Positions 17,364 through 28,518 of a DNA stretch of 28,518 nucleotides are shown here, one piece after another. The notes under the pieces were generated by a model. That model was not told the origin of the DNA, did not search any database, and saw nothing but the letters and a program-made list of their open reading frames with translations. The first letter of the stretch is position 1. Each line of letters begins with the position of its first letter. The stretch is from a bacterium BMS3Bbin02. GTDB lineage: Bacteria > Actinomycetota > Acidimicrobiia > Spongiisociales > UBA5794. The stretch lies in the NCBI GenBank assembly GCA_002898115.1, contig BDTL01000238.1, forward strand, positions 1-28,518, given 5' to 3'. A program made the translations under genes and the position numbers.

Positions 17364-19010
17364 TCACACTCTCCTCTTGTCATATTCGGGACGCAATCCT
17401 GTCCCGTATCGGCGCAGCGCTCCGGTTTCACCAGAAGCGCTTGGCCGTTGAAACACCCAGTTCTGCCAGGCCGTCAAGCGACCAAAGATCTTTGTCTCCA
17501 ACGTCTCAGGGCCGGGGAAACGAAGGTTCGCCTCCATTGCGGTGAGACAGTCCGGACTAAACGAGGTGCGCTCCTCAAGGATAATCCGCAGCTCGTCATC
17601 CCAGTCAATGTCGTCATAGATCTCGGTGACCAGCCCCGCCTCCATCGCGGCGTCAGCGTCGAGCCGTACGCCAATTGCATCCTCCGCGGCCCGCAATCCC
17701 TCCTCGTCGCCCCAGAATCGAGTGGCTAGACGGCTCAATCCGTTCGACATCGGGAGCACACCACGGCTCGAATCGGTGAGAGCGAGCACGGCGAGGCGGT
17801 CGTCGTCCTCAGTGGTACCAAGGAACATGTACGTCCGGTCACTCGCGAGTCCGAGCTCCGCGAGCGTTCCCCCGAAACACGACCCCGGTTCGATCAGCAC
17901 AACGATGGTACGCGACGTGACATCGAGCCGTTTGAGGACCCGTCGCCAGAACAACATCACCTCGTTGACGAACCAGTGGCCGGCGTGCTCATGAAGAAAG
18001 CGGTCGTGATCGAGAACCGCATCGAGATCTCCTTCGGTACGAATGATCCAGGTACCGATCTCCAGCTCGTTGACCCGCAGATGGAGGATGGCGTCGTCAA
18101 GTTCACGAGCTAGCCGCAGTACCCACCAGTCGGCGCCGGCCGACACCGCACCCTCGGGATCAGCAGGAGCAGAGTCGGTGGGGCCTTTGATCAGGATCTC
18201 CGCAGTTCGAGCATCACGATCGATGGTGACCGCCACAGAGGAGTAGTCGACACCATTCTCACCAAACATGCGGTTGAGCGGAGTGAGGGTGACGCCCGTG
18301 GCTTCGGCCGGCCGCAGACTGGCGTTGGCGAATTCCGCGGCCCGATCGGCAACTCGCTCGTTAAAGGTCGACCCGGGTACAAGTTCGTCGATGAGTTTCC
18401 ACTCGACCGCCCGCGAGCCCTTGATACCTTCTTCGATCGTGCAAAAGACGTCGGCTCGATCACGGCGAACGAATCGCTTGTCAACAAGGCGTGTCAACCC
18501 GCCGGTGCCAGGCAGGACCGCAAGCAGAGGGACCTCAGGGAGCGCAACGGATGCACTACCGTCATCGATCAGCATGATGTAATCGGTCGCCAGCGCCAAC
18601 TCGTAACCACCACCGGCCGCGGTGCCGTTGATCGCTGCCAGATAACGCTGCCCGGACTCGGCAGTGGCCTCTTCGATCCCGTTGCGCGTCTCGTTGGTGA
18701 ATTTGCAGAAATTGACTTTGAGAGGGTGTGGGGCCCCCGCCAACATCGAGATGTTGGCGCCCGCACAGAACACGCGTTCCTTCATCGAGCCGAGCACAAC
18801 GGCACCAACCTCGGGGTGTTCGAAACGCAGCCGTTGAATCGCGTCAGCTAACTCGATGTCCACACCGAGGTCGTAGGAGTTCAACTTAAGTTTGTAGTCG
18901 CCATGGAGCCCACCGTCGGGATCGACGTCCATGTCGAGCGTGGCGACACGACCGTCGACGGCCAATCGCCAATGTCGGTACCGATCGGGATGGGTTTGAA
19001 AATCAATCAC
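17364..19010 (-). CDS. boxC: 2,3-epoxybenzoyl-CoA dihydrolase
   Basis: IDFQTHPDRYRHW, LKLNSYDLGVDIELADA, KVNFCKFTNETRN, LPEVPLLAVLPGTGG and C-terminal TAWQNWVFQRP. Start placed at GTG 19010 on leaderless-promoter evidence; the ORF track starts at 19058. Confidence 0.92.
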   Translation of the reverse strand: MIDFQTHPDRYRHWRLAVDGRVATLDMDVDPDGGLHGDYKLKLNSYDLGVDIELADAIQRLRFEHPEVGAVVLGSMKERVFCAGANISMLAGAPHPLKVNFCKFTNETRNGIEEATAESGQRYLAAINGTAAGGGYELALATDYIMLIDDGSASVALPEVPLLAVLPGTGGLTRLVDKRFVRRDRADVFCTIEEGIKGSRAVEWKLIDELVPGSTFNERVADRAAEFANASLRPAEATGVTLTPLNRMFGENGVDYSSVAVTIDRDARTAEILIKGPTDSAPADPEGAVSAGADWWVLRLARELDDAILHLRVNELEIGTWIIRTEGDLDAVLDHDRFLHEHAGHWFVNEVMLFWRRVLKRLDVTSRTIVVLIEPGSCFGGTLAELGLASDRTYMFLGTTEDDDRLAVLALTDSSRGVLPMSNGLSRLATRFWGDEEGLRAAEDAIGVRLDADAAMEAGLVTEIYDDIDWDDELRIILEERTSFSPDCLTAMEANLRFPGPETLETKIFGRLTAWQNWVFQRPSASGETGALRRYGTGLRPEYDKRRV

Positions 19011-19045
19011 GACGACAAGATAGACTGACCGGTCGGTCAGGACAA
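19011..19045 (-). promoter_or_regulatory. Leaderless sigma-70 promoter of boxC with a TetR-type operator in the spacer
   Basis: Minus strand TTGTCC-N17-TATCTT-N6-GTG. The 7-2-7 palindrome CTGACCG-GT-CGGTCAG (19025-19040) fills the spacer. Confidence 0.7.
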
Positions 19046-19082
19046 GTGGGTCGCCCAAGCGTGTGCAGTGATCGCGGTCGGA

Positions 19083-20486
19083 TTAGCCGACCGAGCCTTC
19101 CATTTGGAGTTCGATCAGGCGGTTCAACTCGACGGCGTACTCCATCGGGAGTTCCTTCACGATCGGTTCGATGAAACCGGCAACGATCATCGCCATGGCT
19201 TCTTGCTCGGAGAGCCCACGAGCCATTAGATAGAACAACTGCTCGTCACCGACCTTGGAAACCGTCGCCTCGTGACCAATGTTGGTGTTCGACTCCTCGA
19301 TCTCCAGATACGGATAGGTATCGGAACGTGAATGCTCATCGAGAATCAGTGCGTCACAGCGAACAAACGAACGGGCATTTACGGCGCCATCCTCCACCCG
19401 CACCAGGCCGCGATAACCTCCGCGTCCACCATCGAGCGAGATCGACTTGGACGTGATGAGCGATGTCGTGTTTGGCGCGACGTGGACCATCTTCGCTCCC
19501 GCATCGAGCACCTGCCCCTTGCCGGCCATGGCTATTGACAACACCTCGCCGTGGGCGCCCTCTTCCATGAGCCACACAGCCGGATACTTCATGGTCAGCC
19601 GAGATCCGAGGTTGCCGTCGATCCACTCCATGGTGGCGTTCTTATAGGCGGCCGCGCGCTTGGTGACCAGGTTGAAGACGTTGGTAGACCAGTTCTGAAT
19701 GGTCGTGTAGCGACAGCGCCCACCCTCCTTGATGATGATCTCAACGACCGCTGAGTGCAGCGAGTCACTCGAGTACGTCGGCGCCGAGCAACCCTCTACG
19801 TAGTGACAGAACGCGCCCTTGTCGATGATGATCAGCGTGCGCTCGAACTGACCCATGTTCTCCGCATTAATCCGGAAGTACGCCTGCAGCGGCTGGTCCA
19901 CATGCACGCCCGGAGGCACGTAGATGAACGATCCTCCCGACCACACGGATGAATTCAACGCTGCGAACTTGTTGTCGTTCGGAGGAATGATCGTCCCGAA
20001 GTACTCCTTGACGAGCTCCGGGTAGTCACGGACCGCAGTGTCCATATCGCAGAAGATCACACCGAGCTCTTCGAGATCTTCACGGTTGCGGTGATACACG
20101 ACTTCAGACTCGTACTGTGCGGTTACGCCGGCGAGATACTTACGCTCGGCTTCGGGGATCCCGAGCTTTTCGTAGGTCTCCTTGATGGAGTCCGGAACCA
20201 TGTCCCAGTCATTGACCTGGGACTCGGTTGGCTTGATGTAGTAGTAGATGTCGTCGAAGTCGATCTCGTCGAGCAACCCGCCACCACCCCACGTCGGCAT
20301 TGGCTTGGCAAGGAACCGCTTGTACGCCTTGAGGCGGAAATTGAGCATCCACTCAGGTTCCTTCTTCATGCGTGACATCTCGCGGATGAGCGCTTCGTCT
20401 AGACCCTTTTCGGGCTTGAAGACATAGTCCTCCTCATCGGCCCAGCCGAGGGAGTACTTACCAAGATCAACATCTACAACTGACAC
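19083..20486 (-). CDS. sufB: Fe-S cluster assembly protein SufB
   Basis: 467 aa. ISRMK-like [50 protein letters not shown] and YLMARG. SD GGAGAGG upstream of GTG. Confidence 0.94.
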   Translation of the reverse strand: MSVVDVDLGKYSLGWADEEDYVFKPEKGLDEALIREMSRMKKEPEWMLNFRLKAYKRFLAKPMPTWGGGGLLDEIDFDDIYYYIKPTESQVNDWDMVPDSIKETYEKLGIPEAERKYLAGVTAQYESEVVYHRNREDLEELGVIFCDMDTAVRDYPELVKEYFGTIIPPNDNKFAALNSSVWSGGSFIYVPPGVHVDQPLQAYFRINAENMGQFERTLIIIDKGAFCHYVEGCSAPTYSSDSLHSAVVEIIIKEGGRCRYTTIQNWSTNVFNLVTKRAAAYKNATMEWIDGNLGSRLTMKYPAVWLMEEGAHGEVLSIAMAGKGQVLDAGAKMVHVAPNTTSLITSKSISLDGGRGGYRGLVRVEDGAVNARSFVRCDALILDEHSRSDTYPYLEIEESNTNIGHEATVSKVGDEQLFYLMARGLSEQEAMAMIVAGFIEPIVKELPMEYAVELNRLIELQMEGSVG

Positions 20487-20521
20487 AAGAACCTCTCCGT
20501 GTTGGGCGGCGTGTTGCCTAT

Positions 20522-20551
20522 TTACACTATCGCCGTAGTGTCATTATCGCA
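20522..20551 (-). promoter_or_regulatory. Putative sufB extended -10 promoter with a downstream operator palindrome
   Basis: Minus-strand TGCGATAAT at 20543-20551, followed by the 8-6-8 repeat TTACACTA-TCGCCG-TAGTGTCA (7 of 8 pair) at 20522-20543. Confidence 0.55.
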
Positions 20552-20678
20552 CACCTCTACGGCTCTGGGAACCAGTCAATAAGGTACCAGGTCCGCGCCA
20601 TGACACGATCGCGACGTGACAGAGAAACGATCTGACCAAGATCCGTGGAGCGCATCATCCAGGGGGCTCCTCGTGGTA

Positions 20679-20738
20679 GATGGCCCACCGGGGTGGGTGT
20701 GGGAGTGGGGGAAGACCGTTCCAACCCGGTGGGCCATC
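20679..20738 (-). terminator. Long GC-rich hairpin after gltB, probable U-tract-less terminator
   Basis: Perfect 14-bp arms GATGGCCCACCGGG (20679-20692) and CCCGGTGGGCCATC (20725-20738), extendable on both sides, 40 bp after the gltB stop. Confidence 0.6.
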
Positions 20739-20778
20739 ATCACTAATAACAACGTCTACCGGGCCACCGGTGTTCCCT

Positions 20779-25161
<4,383 letters not shown>

Positions 25162-25232
25162 CTCGTCACCTCCATTGCGCGTCGTTGCAAGAGCTGAGTA
25201 GCTGGTCTCCTAACGCATGAAACACATCCCCA

Positions 25233-25248
25233 ACAGTGCCTGCACTGT
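25233..25248. promoter_or_regulatory. 7-2-7 palindrome upstream of gltB
   Basis: ACAGTGC-CT-GCACTGT in the divergent intergenic region, 72-87 bp upstream of the gltB ATG. Confidence 0.4.
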
Positions 25249-25329
25249 ACGGAGTGTGCTGATATCTGCAAAAAGGATGCATGGAGGAAGCGGATTCATA
25301 CAGGTATACGGTGTTCTACCCTGTGCCTC

Positions 25330-25776
25330 ATGCCTGCACTCGTCGTCGGCGCCGATACCCCCCAGGGCGCCAAGATTATTGACGCCCTCACACAGCGCGA
25401 CGGCGACCTACGTGCGTTTGTGAGCACGTCGGATGCCCGGGGACATCTCCTGGCCCGCGGGATCCCGGCAGCGAACGGCGACGTCTCGGACGGGTCCCAC
25501 GTCGGTGGTGCCGCATATGGGGCGTTCTGTGTCATCTGTGTGTCGACCGCAACACACGACGAACGCGAGCGCGCGTTCGCCGGGACGCCGGAGGCAGTCG
25601 TCGCGCAGTGGGCTGACGGGTTCAAGGATGCCGGTGTTGCACGGATAATCTGGGTCTCGTGCGATGACGTGGACGGGTCAGCGCTCGCCGACATTGGCGC
25701 AGAGTTCGTATCGATCGTCTTCGACAAAACGGCGCCCAGCCGAGTGCTCCACCTCGTCGACGCCGATACGGTGTAG
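25330..25776 (+). CDS. Short NAD(P)-binding Rossmann-like protein (atypical SDR/NmrA-like N-terminal domain)
   Basis: 148 aa. LVVGADTPQG, LRAFV, GDVSD, AAYGAFCVI and AGVARIIWVS follow the NmrA pattern. TACCCT -10 lies 7 nt before the ATG. Confidence 0.6.
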   Translation: MPALVVGADTPQGAKIIDALTQRDGDLRAFVSTSDARGHLLARGIPAANGDVSDGSHVGGAAYGAFCVICVSTATHDERERAFAGTPEAVVAQWADGFKDAGVARIIWVSCDDVDGSALADIGAEFVSIVFDKTAPSRVLHLVDADTV

Positions 25777-25794
25777 CGAGATGACGCCCCGGAG

Positions 25795-27012
25795 TCAGAA
25801 TACTTCCTGACACGCCGGGGCGGTGGCAGTGTGGAACCCCTGATGGAGGGCAAGCACAGTTGCGGGTTCGCCCACGACCCGCCCTGCAGCAGCAAGCTGG
25901 ACGGCAGAAGCACCGCCAAGGTACAACGAGCTGAGTTCGACGATCCCAAGCGAGACGTCTGCGGAGTCGTCGGACCGAACACAGCTCCCCACTCCATCTC
26001 GCACTGTGAGCCGAAAAACTCCGCCGAGCGCCGATCGAAAGGAGTCGCGGACGTCCAACACAACATCAATGTCCCGCTCATACGTGCGCGCCGCTAGCGC
26101 CGCTTCAACATCGAGGATTCGGACCCAGAGACCGTCTTCAACCTTCCTGTCGATCACCCGGTGATTGCCCACGAGATGAGGGAGAGGATCGTCTACCGGC
26201 ATTAGATGCCATTCCACTTTTGGGTACAGGTCGATCGAGGTCATAAAGCGCCACATGGTCTCGCGAGCCTGATCGTCATCGGCGTACATTTCGACGATCC
26301 TCACGGGCTCCGCGCCATCCAGAGAGAAGGTATTCGGATGACGGAACGTCGCAAGCCCTGTGAGCCGTCCCCGGCGGTGAGTACGCAGAACACGCAGTGC
26401 GGTACCCCCACCGCGGCGGTATTCGGGATCATCGAGGATCCGAGCGCGCCACCACGCCTCAGACCGGAGGTGGAGACCGGCACGACGGTGCGCTACCCGC
26501 GCACAGATCGCTTTGTAGTCATCCTCGGCATCGCCAACCTCGCTAAGCGAAACATCGTCAAGATCTCCCGATTCCGGCCATCTGAGAGCGTCGGAATCGA
26601 TGCCTGCGTGGTAATGCCAGGTCGCGACGCCATACCCGTAGCGACCGTAGATCAACGCCTCACTTGCCCACAATGCCGACAGGGACTCACCCCGTGCGAC
26701 GGCCTGATCGACAAGCGAACCCATAATCTGGTTGAGGGCGCCGCGGCGGCGGTGGGTAGGGCGAACCGAGACAGCCGACACGGCCGCCATCGGCAGAACT
26801 GCACCGCCGGGAACGGACAGAGAAGAGTCAAGAGACACACCGGTCCCGATGAGAGTCTCGCCATCCCACGCGCAGACGAACCGATCAAACGGAACAAGGG
26901 TGCGCCACGTCTCCCTAGTTTCGGGTACGGGGTTTACGCCGAATACCAAAGCAGTGGTGTCAAGCATTGCCGGGATGTCTTGTTCGGTGAGGGGGCGAAT
27001 GTCAAAAGCCAT
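25795..27012 (-). CDS. eis: Eis-like GNAT acetyltransferase with C-terminal sterol-carrier-like domain
   Basis: VSAVSVRPTHRRRGAL, LWASEALIYGRYGYG, LWVRILDVEAALAARTY, LSSLYLGG and C-terminal F. Start placed at ATG 27012 (MAFDIRPL), with TAGCCT 7 nt upstream. Confidence 0.85.
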   Translation of the reverse strand: MAFDIRPLTEQDIPAMLDTTALVFGVNPVPETRETWRTLVPFDRFVCAWDGETLIGTGVSLDSSLSVPGGAVLPMAAVSAVSVRPTHRRRGALNQIMGSLVDQAVARGESLSALWASEALIYGRYGYGVATWHYHAGIDSDALRWPESGDLDDVSLSEVGDAEDDYKAICARVAHRRAGLHLRSEAWWRARILDDPEYRRGGGTALRVLRTHRRGRLTGLATFRHPNTFSLDGAEPVRIVEMYADDDQARETMWRFMTSIDLYPKVEWHLMPVDDPLPHLVGNHRVIDRKVEDGLWVRILDVEAALAARTYERDIDVVLDVRDSFRSALGGVFRLTVRDGVGSCVRSDDSADVSLGIVELSSLYLGGASAVQLAAAGRVVGEPATVLALHQGFHTATAPACQEVF

Positions 27013-27133
27013 GCGGCGGAGGCTACTGGGTTGTCGATGCGATGGGGACCGAGGCGGTGCATCGATCGGGTTCGTCTCCGAGGCCCTGAAAGCCCGGTAG
27101 TGTCGTCCCGACACCAACAAGGAACTGACTGTT

Positions 27134-27925
27134 ATGCACGACAAGGTCGAACTCGCTGTTCACATCCACCCACAACAGGCTGAGTACGCCGACATCCGCG
27201 ACGCGGTGGTACGCGCCGAAGAACTCGGCTTCGATATTGCCTACAACTGGGATCATTTCTTCCCCCTCTACGCCGATCCCGACGGCAAACATTTCGAGTG
27301 CTGGACGATGCTCGGTGCCTGGGCGGAGCAAACCTCGCGAATCAAGATCGGTGTGCTCGTCGCCTGCAATTCCTACCGCAACCCGGAACTCTTAGCCGAT
27401 ATGGCAAGAACCGTCGATCACATCTCCGGTGGACGTCTCATCTTCGGTATCGGATCCGGTTGGTTCGAACGCGACTATGACGAGTACGGCTACGAGTTCG
27501 GTACTGCCGCTGGACGACTGCGGGCTCTTGACGCAGCGCTCCCCCGGATCAAGGCGCGCTGGGCGAAACTCAATCCCCCGCCCTCTGATATGCCGATCCT
27601 GATCGGTGGCGGCGGCGAGAGGGTCACGCTGCGAATCGTTGCCGAACATGCCCACGTGTGGCACTACTTTGGTGATACCGAGTCCATGAAACGCAAGTCC
27701 GACATCCTCGATGACTGGTGCACCAAGGTCGGTCGTGACCCGAAGGAGATCCGTCGTTCGGTTGGGTTCCAGCCGGGCGAGGAAGCCGAAATGCTCAAGA
27801 TGGCCGATACCTACTATGACCTCGGCTACCGCGAGTTCACGTTCGGCATCGGCGGCCCTGATTACACCATGGACGGGGCAGCCGAGTGGCTTGCATGGCG
27901 AGACGACAAGAACGCCGGCAAGTAG
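27134..27925 (+). CDS. LLM-class, probably F420-dependent oxidoreductase (MSMEG_2906-like)
   Basis: 263 aa. NWDHFFPLY, HFECWTML, CNSYRNPELLADMARTVDHISGGRL and PILIGGGGERVTLRIVAEHAHVWH. SD AAGGA upstream. Confidence 0.88.
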   Translation: MHDKVELAVHIHPQQAEYADIRDAVVRAEELGFDIAYNWDHFFPLYADPDGKHFECWTMLGAWAEQTSRIKIGVLVACNSYRNPELLADMARTVDHISGGRLIFGIGSGWFERDYDEYGYEFGTAAGRLRALDAALPRIKARWAKLNPPPSDMPILIGGGGERVTLRIVAEHAHVWHYFGDTESMKRKSDILDDWCTKVGRDPKEIRRSVGFQPGEEAEMLKMADTYYDLGYREFTFGIGGPDYTMDGAAEWLAWRDDKNAGK

Positions 27926-27934
27926 CTACTAGAC

Positions 27935-27986
27935 CCGTTCTGGCGTCCATTTGGGCCATATATGGCCCAAATGGACGCCAGAACGG
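27935..27986. repeat. Perfect 52-bp palindrome between convergent genes, probable bidirectional terminator
   Basis: CCGTTCTGGCGTCCATTTGGGCCATA followed directly by its exact reverse complement. Confidence 0.9.
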
Positions 27987-28518
27987 CTAGTTGTTGCTGG
28001 CGAGACGACCGAGCACGTCGGCCATCGCCGCGGGGTCGCCGGTGAGCAGGTTGATGGCACCGACCGTGACTCCGGCCTCGCCAAACTCGACAAGTCGATC
28101 ACCGATCGCTGCAACCGGACCCACGAGCGAAATGGCGTCGACAACGTCGTCCGTGAGCGCCGCGGCAACCGCCGCACGGTCGCCCGCCCGGAACCCCTCA
28201 AGCACCTTCTCGGCGACCTCCTCGAACCCGCACCATACCAGGAATCGGTTGTACACCGGTTGGGCGAAATAGGGGCCAAACGCACCCCTGATGATGTCAC
28301 GCCCGGCGTCGAGGTCATCGGTGATGACGGTGTGGAACCGTGCCATGACGCCAAACGATTCAGGAAGCTCGCGGCCAGCCTTCGTAGCGCCTTCACGAGC
28401 GACAGCGATCTGCTTGGCGACAACACTCGCAGGCATCAGGTTGAGGCACACTCCGTCGCCGACTTCGCCGGCGGCCGCCAGCATACCGGGACCCAGTGCG
28501 CCGACATACACATCGCAT
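27987..28518 (-). CDS. LLM-class flavin/F420-dependent oxidoreductase, C-terminal part (5' end outside the window)
   Basis: YVGALGPGMLAAAGEVGDGVCLN and SLVGPVAAIGDRLVEFGEAGV are typical luciferase-like motifs. The frame is open to the window edge. Confidence 0.82.
   Translation of the reverse strand, partial: CDVYVGALGPGMLAAAGEVGDGVCLNLMPASVVAKQIAVAREGATKAGRELPESFGVMARFHTVITDDLDAGRDIIRGAFGPYFAQPVYNRFLVWCGFEEVAEKVLEGFRAGDRAAVAAALTDDVVDAISLVGPVAAIGDRLVEFGEAGVTVGAINLLTGDPAAMADVLGRLASNN

Noticed and set aside
19083-20486. Intein in SufB
   Set aside because: The length is 467 aa with contiguous SufB motifs and no insertion or splicing motifs.
25217-25423. 68-aa Cys/His-containing ORF upstream of gltB
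   Set aside because: No RBS, overlaps the better-supported 25330 gene and its promoter, and has no recognisable motif.

Overview
A GC-rich, gene-dense chromosomal window, most consistent with an actinobacterium. The evidence is NucS, Eis, two F420-type LLM oxidoreductases, family-5 UDG and many leaderless TANNNT promoters; an Acidimicrobiia-like assignment is inference only. Most of it is housekeeping: fumC, a sirtuin, SUF genes, a SigA/SigB-like sigma factor, nucS, gltB and eis. No rRNA, tRNA, transposase, integrase or CRISPR-cas could be supported. The points most worth following up are: (1) a four-gene A2-type heme-copper oxidase operon that appears to have lost its K-pathway Lys while keeping the D-pathway, next to a divergent Fe-S-type Rrf2 regulator; (2) a boxC-boxB-tetR aerobic benzoyl-CoA module with no boxA or boxR in the window, behind a leaderless promoter with a PaaR-like operator in its spacer; (3) a SUF operon split by about 12 kb; (4) an arsenic-island remnant (intact arsR, internally deleted flavoprotein gene) that runs into a palindromic 17-bp repeat array; (5) a perfect spacer-less 52-bp palindrome and a hairpin overlapping a G-quadruplex motif. 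Several starts were moved from the ORF track using RBS or promoter evidence. All family calls are from motif recognition, not database searches.
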